DNA from: Candidatus Actinomarinales bacterium
Lineage (GTDB): Bacteria; Actinomycetota; Acidimicrobiia; Actinomarinales; Actinomarinaceae
Length of the DNA: 64,000 nucleotides
Direction: 5' to 3'
NCBI GenBank assembly: GCA_004213405.1
Contig: SGYR01000001.1
Span: forward strand, 80,859-144,858
Under the pieces are notes generated by a model that was given only the letters and a program-made list of their open reading frames with translations, had not been told where the DNA came from and did no database searches. Below are positions 29,217-38,187 of the stretch, piece after piece (position 1 is the first letter of the stretch; every line of letters begins with the position of its first letter). Made by a program: the position numbers and the translations under genes.

Positions 29217-30241
29217 CTACTAATAATATTTATTTTTTGATTATATCTATCAGTTATATTTCCAATTTCTTCTACAAAAACCCCATATATTTTCTCAATT
29301 TCTATCAAATCTATATCTGTATCAGCAGGTACAGAAATTAATAATCCTCCACTGGTTTGAGCATCTGCTAATAAAAGTGCCTCGTCTTGATTCTCGAATG
29401 AGATAAAGTCTTTTACTGAGTCAAAATTTCTCTGACTTCCTGATGGATATATGCCACTATGAAAATAATTTTTTGCATACTCAATGAGTGGAACTTTATC
29501 GAATATCAAATTTGCTGATAATTTTTCATCAATTAACATCTCACTAAGGTGGCCAAGAAGTCCAAAACCAGTAACGTCTGTAATTGCGTTTGCATTGAGG
29601 TGCTTTGCAACTTCAAGTCCTGCATCATTTAAGGTTGTCATTACATTTGTTACCTGATTTATTGCTTCTTCATCGGCGACCCCTTTTTTTATTGCGGTTG
29701 AAATAATTCCAGAACCGAGAGGCTTGGTTAGAAAAAGTTTATCTCCATTTTTAATATTCGTTTTTGTATAGATTTTTTCATTAACGATACCTGTTACAGC
29801 AAAACCATATTTTGGTTCTTTGTCATCAATACTGTGCCCTCCAACAATATTGCAATTTGCAGATTTCATTACATCTGCACCTCCCTTAATAACATCTGAT
29901 AAAACGTCAAAACCTATGTCTTCTCTTGGCCAACTAACTAACTGTAGAGATGAAATAGGTGCACCTCCCATTGCATAAATATCAGATAATGCATTTGTTG
30001 CGGCAACCCTACCCCAGTCATAAGGGTTATCTAATATAGGAGTAAAAAAATCAACAGTTTGCACAATTTTCATGCTGTTTCCTAGATCAATAACTGCGCC
30101 GTCATCTGGATTTTCTAAACCAACTAAGACTTCAGAATTGTTTGAATTATTTTGTTTTGATTGCTTCAGAACCTGAGCAAGCTCTCCTTGGGAGAGTTTA
30201 CATGCTCAACCTGAGCCATGAGAATACTCTGTGAGTCTCAC
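29213..30241 (-). CDS. selD: selenide, water dikinase (selenophosphate synthetase), Sec-containing form; UGA at 30208..30206 read as selenocysteine
   Basis: The track lists only 29213..30073. The same frame extends upstream through one TGA: (GTG)RLTEYSHGSGUACKLSQGELAQVL...GLENPDDGAVIDLGNS-MKIVQTVDFFTP... The U falls where E. coli SelD has Cys17 (SHGAGCGCK), and Lys20 is conserved. A strong SD (AAAGGGGGG) precedes GTG 30241. Total 342 codons. Confidence 0.9.
30174..30208 (-). promoter_or_regulatory. candidate SECIS hairpin starting at the selD UGA
   Basis: mRNA UGAGCA-UGUAAA-CUCUCC-CAA-GGAGAG-CU-UGCUCA. The outer 6-bp stem includes the UGA, and there is an inner 6-bp stem. I read both complementary arms directly from the sequence. 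Confidence 0.55.
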
Positions 30242-30252
30242 TTTACCCCCCT

Positions 30253-31077
30253 TTAACTTTCTTGCTTTTCCTTAAGTACTTCTTTCGCAAATAAATCTTG
30301 TATAGTGCTCAACAAAGGTGCCTGCTCAAACAACTGATTATCAATCTTTGAGACAAATACACCGTGTTTAGCTGTAGACATTACAAAAACTGTATCAACT
30401 TTATAGAGTTCATCTATTGTCACTCTAGAAACAGATGCTTGAATCTTGCCTTCCTCACCAAGCTTAAGTAAATACTGTCTAGTTATCGAGTCTAAAATAC
30501 CCAACTCTAGATCAGGAACATAAACAACTTCATCCTTAATCCAGCCAACACAAAAAGTTGGGCCTTCTAATACTATGCCCTTATTATTGATGAGCAAGGC
30601 ATCTGTAAAACCATCTCTAACTGCTTCTCTAGTTTGCTTTATGTTATAAGCATAGGAAGTAGATTTTGAACCAACTATATTTTTACTATCAACTTCATAA
30701 TCTCCACCGGCATGCCATGGAGCGGGTTGAGATTGCAATGTAAATTCTTCGGGTAAGTTTAATAATGGTTGATAAAAAGAATAAATTGTAAAATCGTCAT
30801 CTGATTCATTTCTCAAGATTAAAACTCTCACATAGCCACTTTTATGGTTTGATGATATTTTTAAAATATTGTTTTTGACCAAATTAAAATCTACATTGTC
30901 AAATAGTTGTTTTTTGCAAGACTGTTTTAACCTGTCTATATGTTTCTCTAACCCAAAGGGATAGTGGTCATGAATCTTCAAAGCTTCAAAGACCCCGTCT
31001 CCTCTCCATACCGCTAAATTTTCAACAGGCAAAGTAAATTCATCTTTTGTAACTTCCAAATCATTGATCAAATACAA
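30253..31077 (-). CDS. class IV (fold type IV) aminotransferase (branched-chain/D-amino-acid aminotransferase or ADC-lyase like)
   Basis: 274 aa. RGDGVFEALK near the N-terminus and GILDSITRQ are typical of the fold-type IV PLP family. It ends 11 nt before the selD start. Confidence 0.75.
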   Translation of the reverse strand: MYLINDLEVTKDEFTLPVENLAVWRGDGVFEALKIHDHYPFGLEKHIDRLKQSCKKQLFDNVDFNLVKNNILKISSNHKSGYVRVLILRNESDDDFTIYSFYQPLLNLPEEFTLQSQPAPWHAGGDYEVDSKNIVGSKSTSYAYNIKQTREAVRDGFTDALLINNKGIVLEGPTFCVGWIKDEVVYVPDLELGILDSITRQYLLKLGEEGKIQASVSRVTIDELYKVDTVFVMSTAKHGVFVSKIDNQLFEQAPLLSTIQDLFAKEVLKEKQES

Positions 31078-31082
31078 AACGA

Positions 31083-32789
31083 TTATCCTCTTTCTCGAAT
31101 ATAGGTATTTGTAATTGGCATTCTCCTGTCTTTGCCAAATGCCTTTTCTGTTAATTTTACTCCTGGTGCAACTTGTTTTCTCTTATATTCGTTTCTATCG
31201 ACTTTGGACAAAACATCATATACAATATTCTCATCAATTCCCTTAGAAATAATCTTCTCTGAAGAACTATCTTCTTCAATATACATACGTAAAATTTCAT
31301 CAAGAAGTTCGTATTCGGGTAAAGAATCCTTATCAAATTGATTTGGTCTTAATTCTGCACTTGGTTCTTTATCGATTGTATTTTGAGGAATTACGCTTGA
31401 AATTGAATTTCTGAAATTTGCCAAGTTATAAACTTCAGTTTTATATAAATCTTTCAATAATGCAAAACCTCCTGCTAAATCACCATAAAGAGTTGAATAA
31501 CCTACAGCCATTTCAGACTTATTACCCGTAGAAACAACCATAGCTCCAGTTTGGTTGGATAAAGCCATCAAAATATTACCTCTTACGCGTGATTGGATGT
31601 TTTCATCTGTTGTTTGTCCAAGTTCATCATTAACACTTTCTTTTAATGTATTTCTAAAAATATTTACTATTTCTTCAATTTCTATAACTTTAAATTCTAT
31701 ATCAAGATTTTTTGCGAGTAACCTTGCATCGACAAGAGACTCCACTGTGTTGTATTTAGATGGCAACGCTACACCTACAACATTATCGGATCCAAGAGAA
31801 TCAACGGCGATAGTTGCAGTCAAAGCGGAGTCTATTCCTCCAGAGAGTCCTACTAGAACTTTTTCAAAGTTATTTTTACTAACGTAATCGAACAACCCTA
31901 ATTTTAATGCTGAATACAAAGATTCATTTTTGGATAAAAGTTGAGCAGACTGTGGAAGATCTAGCTCAGATACTTTTTGCCTAATCTCCAGTATTGACCC
32001 TTTTGGCTGTTCTTTCACTTCCAAATCTAGATCGAGATAGAATAACTCCTCTTCAAACTGTTGGGCTTGATAGGTTATTTCCCCTTTACCGTCTACAACA
32101 AATGAACCTCCATCAAAAACTAATTCGTCTTGACCACCAACCATGTTTAAGTAAATAATTGGCACGCCTAATTTTTTAGCCTGTTTGACAACGAGCTCTT
32201 TTCTCAAGTCAGTTTTATTTTGATCATAAGGAGAAGCGTTTATGTTAATTATTAAAGATGCACCATTCTCTACTTGTTGTGATGAAGGTCCATCTTCAAT
32301 CCATATATCTTCGCAAATACTGATTCCAATCCCAATATCTTCATACCAAAATACATTTCCTGGATTATTGCCTTTGGCAAAATACCTAGCTTCATCAAAT
32401 ACTGAGTAGTTTGGAAGGAAACACTTATGGTAGATTCCTTTTACATCCCCGTTTTGAATTATTGCTGCCGCATTAGCAATGTCTCTTTTTTGTTTGTCTG
32501 TATGGTTATCGTCTAGGTTTCTGTCAACAAAACCAACAACACCACTTGTTGAGCTAGAGAATTCAGCTAATTCTTCCAAAACAGCAAAGTTTTTTCCAAC
32601 AAAACTCTCTCTTAAAAGTAAATCTTCAGGTGGATATCCTGTAAGTGCTAATTCAGGGAAAATCAGGATATCTGCTTCTTTTTCTTCAGCTGCCTCAAAA
32701 CAATCTAAAATAGTTTGCTTGTTTTTCTGTATAGCCCCTACTGGAAATGACTTTTGGGCACCAGCTATTCTAATTGTTTTTTTATTCAC
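31083..32789 (-). CDS. nadE: glutamine-dependent NAD+ synthetase
   Basis: 568 aa. N-terminal CN-hydrolase (glutaminase) domain (FPELALTGYPPEDL...ICEDIW), followed by a synthetase domain with the LSGGIDSAL P-loop. Confidence 0.9.
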   Translation of the reverse strand: MNKKTIRIAGAQKSFPVGAIQKNKQTILDCFEAAEEKEADILIFPELALTGYPPEDLLLRESFVGKNFAVLEELAEFSSSTSGVVGFVDRNLDDNHTDKQKRDIANAAAIIQNGDVKGIYHKCFLPNYSVFDEARYFAKGNNPGNVFWYEDIGIGISICEDIWIEDGPSSQQVENGASLIININASPYDQNKTDLRKELVVKQAKKLGVPIIYLNMVGGQDELVFDGGSFVVDGKGEITYQAQQFEEELFYLDLDLEVKEQPKGSILEIRQKVSELDLPQSAQLLSKNESLYSALKLGLFDYVSKNNFEKVLVGLSGGIDSALTATIAVDSLGSDNVVGVALPSKYNTVESLVDARLLAKNLDIEFKVIEIEEIVNIFRNTLKESVNDELGQTTDENIQSRVRGNILMALSNQTGAMVVSTGNKSEMAVGYSTLYGDLAGGFALLKDLYKTEVYNLANFRNSISSVIPQNTIDKEPSAELRPNQFDKDSLPEYELLDEILRMYIEEDSSSEKIISKGIDENIVYDVLSKVDRNEYKRKQVAPGVKLTEKAFGKDRRMPITNTYIRERG

Positions 32790-32815
32790 AATTTAATGAT
32801 AGATGGGAAACTTGG

Positions 32816-33220
32816 TTATGAAGAAACCTTAATTTCTATATCTTTAGAGTCTTCAATCCAATTAGTAACTCTCTTTAGAGAGGGCATTCTGTCTACTATA
32901 TTTCTCTTTAAATTAATTTTTGCCAATACTTCATGAAGTGATTCTGGATTTCTTCTCTTTAATTCAGAAACACTTTCTACTCCAACGGCTTCAAGCAAGT
33001 CTGCATAGTCTCTTCCTAGGTTTTTAATTTTCATTAGTTCAGCACGTCTAGCCCAGTGCAGTAATTTAGGTGAACTTATTCCTGTTTCTTTTGTTAAGAG
33101 AGCCCTGCCTGATCTGGAAGAAGCGATTTGTAAAAAAGTTGTTGTTGTTCTGACTCTAGCTCTTCTTAGTTTTGTAGCTTCGGTATGTGTCATACCATTT
33201 ATAGAGTCAATTGAATTCAT
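32816..33220 (-). CDS. DUF4332 domain protein
   Basis: 134 aa. TGISSPKLLHWARRAELMKIKNLGRDYADLLEAVGVESVSELKRRNPESL matches the DUF4332 helix-hairpin-helix-like pattern. Confidence 0.6.
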   Translation of the reverse strand: MNSIDSINGMTHTEATKLRRARVRTTTTFLQIASSRSGRALLTKETGISSPKLLHWARRAELMKIKNLGRDYADLLEAVGVESVSELKRRNPESLHEVLAKINLKRNIVDRMPSLKRVTNWIEDSKDIEIKVSS

Positions 33221-33283
33221 GTTTTAAATTTTACAAAATAAATTACATAAAGAAACGATTTTTTTTAAGAGTTTTTCCCACTC

Positions 33284-33880
33284 TCAAAAATCTTTTTCCT
33301 CGTCATAATCAATAGGTTCTAAAAAATTGAAATTTAGTTTTTTGATTTCAATTTCTGACGAGATAAGAAAATCAACTAAATCAAAATCTTGAAATACTGA
33401 TTTTTCTTCATCAATTTCATCGTCTTCTGTTATTAATTCTAATTTCGTCCAAAATATTCTCGGAATTAAAATTGGAAATCCTAGTTTGTATCTATATTGA
33501 GGAACCAAAACCTTACTACCATCATGGTCATCGTTATTGAGACCGTCTATAACTTCCACTTCGACTTCTGGTTGGTCCCCAAGGAAAAAAATTATATTAT
33601 TAATCTCTTTTTGATTTTGATAGAAAAATAAAGCTGTCCTAATTGATGATGTAATACCCTCTGACCAATTTTCATTAATAAGGATATTTGAATTTTTAAA
33701 ATCTATTTTTTCTGAAATTATTTCATTTTCAGACCCCAGTACCACAGAAGAGTTATCAAAATTAATGTTAACTTTATCAATTATTGCTTGGAGTAATGGT
33801 TTATCCCTAACTTCAGCTAACTGTTTAGGAAATCCCATTCTACTCGAGCTACCTGCGGCTAAAATTACTGCAGCATTCAA
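33284..33880 (-). CDS. MobA/MocA-like nucleotidyltransferase with acidic C-terminal tail
   Basis: 198 aa. N-terminal AVILAAGSSSRMGFPKQL (NTP_transf_3 signature) and LGDQP. Confidence 0.65.
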   Translation of the reverse strand: MNAAVILAAGSSSRMGFPKQLAEVRDKPLLQAIIDKVNINFDNSSVVLGSENEIISEKIDFKNSNILINENWSEGITSSIRTALFFYQNQKEINNIIFFLGDQPEVEVEVIDGLNNDDHDGSKVLVPQYRYKLGFPILIPRIFWTKLELITEDDEIDEEKSVFQDFDLVDFLISSEIEIKKLNFNFLEPIDYDEEKDF

Positions 33881-33882
33881 AA

Positions 33883-34500
33883 CTATACTGATCCTAAAAT
33901 TGAACCACCGAATGTTAGTCCAATGACAACAAGGACAACTTCAATATTTCTTAATAAGTAAACCTGCTTTATACCAGAGCCAAATGCAATTAGTGCGTAA
34001 ATCGAAGTTATAAAAACTAGTAATGCTTGTACAAGTGGGTCTTGTATAAACAACACGGGAAATACAAGTAATCCTGGAATACTTGAAAAGAATGAAATGA
34101 TAAGTAGATCAATTGGTTTTAGATCTTTTCTAAGCAGAAATTTAAGAATCAAAAAACATATTACAAGTCCAACTACTGTTGTAACACTGGTTGATACAAT
34201 TGATGAAATCAATACTGATGTAGTCGAATCTTGCTGAGCAAAAATAACAGATAATTCATCGATCAGAGATCTGAACATCTGGAACTCTTCTTCTGACATT
34301 TCACCTTGAAAAAGAACAAGATTGCTCTCAAGAAATTCAATCATTCCATTAAAAAATCTAAAGGCGCTTAAAGTAGTTAAGGTTGCGACAGCTAAATAAA
34401 TTGCAATTCCCTTTTGCAGTGCACCGTTTAGATTAAGGAGGTCATTATATATATATTTATCAAGACGTAAAATTTTTAAGAATATTTGTCTTTCACTCAT
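33883..34500 (-). CDS. hypothetical membrane protein (Yip1-like topology)
   Basis: 205 aa with about 5 TM helices. The family assignment is tentative and based on topology only. Confidence 0.4.
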   Translation of the reverse strand: MSERQIFLKILRLDKYIYNDLLNLNGALQKGIAIYLAVATLTTLSAFRFFNGMIEFLESNLVLFQGEMSEEEFQMFRSLIDELSVIFAQQDSTTSVLISSIVSTSVTTVVGLVICFLILKFLLRKDLKPIDLLIISFFSSIPGLLVFPVLFIQDPLVQALLVFITSIYALIAFGSGIKQVYLLRNIEVVLVVIGLTFGGSILGSV

Positions 34501-34531
34501 TTTTAATTTTTCCTTATTTAAAATCTATCTT

Positions 34532-34849
34532 ATGACTATAACAAAATTTATTTCCTACTTTATAACTCTTTCTATGGCAGGCGTGATATTTTGGGCACAA
34601 GGAGAGGTCCCAATTTTTGACTCGCCTATTCCTGATTTGCCTTGGGGTGTTGTTTCATTAGTTGATCTTTATTCTGGATTTGTTTTATTTAGTCTTTGGA
34701 TTTTCTACAAAGAAAATATTTTTCCTGCTGTAGTTTGGACATTTTTTGTCATGACTTTAGGAAGCTTCACAATTGCATTATATGTTATTTACAGTATTAA
34801 TAAGTCTGGCGGAAATGTTCAGAAATTTTTTATGGGAGATAACTCCTAA
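34532..34849 (+). CDS. small membrane protein (DUF1475-like)
   Basis: 105 aa, 3-4 TM segments. PWGVVSLVDLYSGFVLFSLWIFYKE resembles DUF1475 by recollection. Confidence 0.45.
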   Translation: MTITKFISYFITLSMAGVIFWAQGEVPIFDSPIPDLPWGVVSLVDLYSGFVLFSLWIFYKENIFPAVVWTFFVMTLGSFTIALYVIYSINKSGGNVQKFFMGDNS

Positions 34850-37005
34850 TCCTTTTTTAGATTATCTAACAATATAAGCGACACATCTCGGACTTTAACA
34901 TTGTCTCCATAGCCCAACTCTTTTACACCATCATCCATCATTATGTAGCAAAAAGGACACGCAACAGCAACTTCATCAGCCCCAGTATCAATAGCTTCCT
35001 GTGAACGCTCAATATTTACTTTTTTGCCTGTAGATTCCTCCATCCACATTCTTCCACCACCAGCACCGCAACAAAAGCTCTGCGTTCCCTGTCTTTTCAT
35101 TTCTCTAATCTCAATACCGCCTATAGACCCTACAATCTCACGTGGTGCAGTATAAATATCATTATGTCTACCAAGATAACATGAATCATGATAGGTGATT
35201 TTGTAAGGCTTATCACTAGTGCCTACTTCAATTCTTCCTGACTGAACTAACTCCGTCAAAAGTTGACTGTGATGAATTACTTGATAGTTTCCTCCAAGTT
35301 GTGGATACTCATTTGCTATTGTATTAAAGCAGTGTGGGCACTGAGTAATAATTTTTTCTACTTTTAGATTATTCATATTCTCAATATTTTGAATAGCTAG
35401 TTGTTGAAAAACAAATTCATTACCCGTTCTTCTCGCAGAGTCTCCTGTACAAACTTCTTTTGGTCCTAGAACAGCAAAAGAAACTCCTGCTCTTTTTAAT
35501 AACGTTGCCACAGCTTTTGTAACGGGTACATTTCTATCATCAAAAGCCCCTGCACAACCGACCCAATACAAATAGTCATACTCTTCATGGTTACTTTCAT
35601 CTATTACAGGAACATCAAAATCTAAATCTCCAGCCCATTTAAGTCTGTCGTTTTGAGAAGCTCCCCATGGATTGGAGGAGTTCTCCATCGCAACATATGC
35701 CTTACCTAACTCTGCAGGAAAATCTGATTCCATTAATGCAAGATGCCTTCTCATATCAAGTATCTTGTCTAAAATTTCAATATTCACAGGGCAAATCTCA
35801 TCACAGGCTTTACAGGAGGTGCAAGCCCAGAGTTCTTCGGAAGTAATTCTTTCAAAAACATTGTCAGAATTTACACGTAAAGGACCTGGTGTTGAAACAG
35901 TAGCAGGTACTGCAGGTTGACCAGATTCAGACATCACTTGCCCTACTTTTAATATAATTTCCCTAGGGTCTAAAGATTTTCCAGTTTGATTCGCTGGACA
36001 TACAGATGTACACCTACCACAAACAGTACATGCATCAAGATCCATTAACTGCTTCCAGGTAAAGTGATCAATAATTTCTGTACCTACATTATCGATATCA
36101 TCTGCTTCTAAAAGATTACCAATAAATTTCATTGCACCTTTAGGTCTTTCCTTTGGTGACATAAACATATTTATTGGTGATGTAAATATGTGCCTAAGCT
36201 TGGACAATGGTATTGCTATTAGAAATACAAAAAAAGAAACAACATGGAGTACCCACGATATCCTATGAAAAAGTTCAGGATTCGAAAGGTTTAAAAATTG
36301 ACCAACAGCATAACCAATAAACGACCATTTTTCATAATCTGGAAAATTTTCTAATGCGATTCTTCCTGCTTCAGTAGTTATTCCTGATAATCCAATAAAA
36401 ATTAATAGAGAAAGAGTTAAATAATCATCGATTGTAGTTTTAGTCTTTATCCTGTACTCGGTGCCAATTAAGCGCCTAGCTAAAGCCCAAAAAAGACCTG
36501 TTAGATAAGCTATAGTTGCCAGTTCTAGTGTGAAAGAATAAACGATATATGTTGTACCTTGTAAAAATTTTAGCGAAGGAGGCATGAGATGATGAATCTC
36601 TAAGGTTACAGTGCCAGCAAACAAACCAAGAAATCCAATGTAAATCAGAGAATGCATAAGACCAGCAGCTTTAAACCTAAGAACGGTTCGCATAGTCAAA
36701 CCATCAAAAAGTTTAAATATCCTTTGAGACAGTTTCACATTTCTTTTTTCTTCCTTACCTCTAGTCCAGTTCTTTACTCGAAGAGAAAATAAGTATCCAG
36801 AAATATAGATCGTTGTTGCACTTAAAACATAAAATATATATTGGAGGACCTTAGGAATATTCTCAAATACTCTTCTTCCTCCAACTATTTCTCCTTCGGG
36901 AAATATATAGCTTGCTGCCCATAAAAATAGTGTGCCTACTGCTGCACCGGCAGAGAATAGTAATACATAATCATTAGCTTTATATTTATTTAAAAACTTA
37001 TTCAT
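34846..37005 (-). CDS. membrane-anchored (Fe-S)-binding oxidoreductase (NarI/DsrM-like TM domain + 2x[4Fe-4S] + two CCG domains; HdrD/GlpC-like)
   Basis: 719 aa. About 6 N-terminal TM helices. CTVCGRCTSVCP and CTSCKACDEICP ferredoxin motifs. Two Cys-rich CCG-type repeats (WVGCAG..., CCGAGGG). Confidence 0.8.
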   Translation of the reverse strand: MNKFLNKYKANDYVLLFSAGAAVGTLFLWAASYIFPEGEIVGGRRVFENIPKVLQYIFYVLSATTIYISGYLFSLRVKNWTRGKEEKRNVKLSQRIFKLFDGLTMRTVLRFKAAGLMHSLIYIGFLGLFAGTVTLEIHHLMPPSLKFLQGTTYIVYSFTLELATIAYLTGLFWALARRLIGTEYRIKTKTTIDDYLTLSLLIFIGLSGITTEAGRIALENFPDYEKWSFIGYAVGQFLNLSNPELFHRISWVLHVVSFFVFLIAIPLSKLRHIFTSPINMFMSPKERPKGAMKFIGNLLEADDIDNVGTEIIDHFTWKQLMDLDACTVCGRCTSVCPANQTGKSLDPREIILKVGQVMSESGQPAVPATVSTPGPLRVNSDNVFERITSEELWACTSCKACDEICPVNIEILDKILDMRRHLALMESDFPAELGKAYVAMENSSNPWGASQNDRLKWAGDLDFDVPVIDESNHEEYDYLYWVGCAGAFDDRNVPVTKAVATLLKRAGVSFAVLGPKEVCTGDSARRTGNEFVFQQLAIQNIENMNNLKVEKIITQCPHCFNTIANEYPQLGGNYQVIHHSQLLTELVQSGRIEVGTSDKPYKITYHDSCYLGRHNDIYTAPREIVGSIGGIEIREMKRQGTQSFCCGAGGGRMWMEESTGKKVNIERSQEAIDTGADEVAVACPFCYIMMDDGVKELGYGDNVKVRDVSLILLDNLKKD

Positions 37006-37789
37006 TTGTTAATTCTTTTGATATCTCAGTAGACTTTTGAGTTGCTTTGCGAATTGCATCGAGAATAATTGTATCAAATGAATCATTATTAAGCGAATTG
37101 AGACCTGCTTCGGTAGTTCCACCAGGTGACTTAACTTTATTTACCAAATCTTTAAATGTTTCATCTTCGTCTACAAGTGCGGGGAGTGCTTTTACTAGTT
37201 CTTTAATAATTAACTCAGAATCATCTAAGCTTAATCCCAGCTCAGTTCCAGAGTTTACAAGCTGATTTGAAAGCTCATAATACCAAGCAGGGCCGCTGCC
37301 TGACAATGCAGTAATAATAGGGAACATAGATTCTTCAACTTCTTTTACAGTTCCTAAATTTTCTAAAATATTTTTGATGAAGTTGAGATAATCTCCTTCA
37401 TAATTTGAAGCATATGGAATAAAACCAGTTTTATCTCGAATAAGTAAATTGGGCATAATTCTTAAAATGTTATTATCAAGATTCGTTTCAATTGTTCTAA
37501 TTTCTAGACCTGCGACTGGAGTACAAATTAAAACATCTTTTTCAATTTTATCTTTATGAGTATGAAAAAATTCATTTATATTCTGTGGCTTGATACATAA
37601 AAGTAATACACCATCCCTAATAGCAGTTAAAGATTTTTCAGGGGTTATTGAATAATTCTTTTGAATTGACTGTCTTACTTCGTTTGAATCATCATATAAG
37701 TAAATGTTTACATCTAAATCTTTTAAACCATTGAGAAAAGCAGATCCTAGATTCCCTAATCCAACTATGTGAACATCCATTTTTTTCAT
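36998..37789 (-). CDS. proC: pyrroline-5-carboxylate reductase
   Basis: 263 aa. VGLGNLGSAF Rossmann motif, GSGPAWYY, and C-terminal SPGGTTEAGL. Confidence 0.85.
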   Translation of the reverse strand: MKKMDVHIVGLGNLGSAFLNGLKDLDVNIYLYDDSNEVRQSIQKNYSITPEKSLTAIRDGVLLLCIKPQNINEFFHTHKDKIEKDVLICTPVAGLEIRTIETNLDNNILRIMPNLLIRDKTGFIPYASNYEGDYLNFIKNILENLGTVKEVEESMFPIITALSGSGPAWYYELSNQLVNSGTELGLSLDDSELIIKELVKALPALVDEDETFKDLVNKVKSPGGTTEAGLNSLNNDSFDTIILDAIRKATQKSTEISKELTNE

Positions 37790-37892
37790 TCTTCAATAAT
37801 ATCAGCTATGTCAAAAGAATTTAAATAATGGCGTTTATTAAATAATTTAAAAATATTTTTGTTTAAAATCATAAATATGTTATATTTAATAC

Positions 37893-37918
37893 AAATCTAA
37901 GTAATAATACTTAGATTT
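37893..37918. promoter_or_regulatory. perfect 11-4-11 inverted repeat, candidate HspR operator (HAIR-like)
   Basis: AAATCTAAGTA-ATAA-TACTTAGATTT, about 48 nt upstream of the first ATG of the dnaK operon. The inner half-sites ..AAGT / ACTT.. resemble the HAIR consensus CTTGAGT-N7-ACTCAAG, but the spacing and two positions differ. Confidence 0.45.
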
Positions 37919-37953
37919 TATGTACAAATAAACATAGATAAGGATGGTAAACA

Positions 37954-38157
37954 ATGAGCGGAACTTTAACTGCATCACAAGTTAAGCCTGGTGTTAGAAG
38001 ATCAAAGAAATACACTACAGGTCGAGTATGCGCATTTGATACTTGTGAAACAGTGATAAGCGTATACAACAAAAAGAAATTTTGTTTTCTTCACGCACCT
38101 GTCTCCTATCCAAGGGTAAGAGGGCATTTGCCAAGAGAACAAGAGCCAATTACATAA
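37954..38157 (+). CDS. small basic zinc-ribbon-like protein (C-x4-C-x12-C-x2-H), first gene of the dnaK operon; paralog of 62839..63033
   Basis: 67 aa with an SD (AAGGATGG) upstream. Shares ASQ(V/I)K.G(V/I)R.SK....GRVC....C.T..S(V/I)YNK...CF.HAPV.YPRVRG with the second copy. Only 30 nt separate it from dnaK. Confidence 0.65.
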   Translation: MSGTLTASQVKPGVRRSKKYTTGRVCAFDTCETVISVYNKKKFCFLHAPVSYPRVRGHLPREQEPIT

Positions 38158-38187
38158 CTACAAAATTTTAAGAAAGGATAATTCAAA

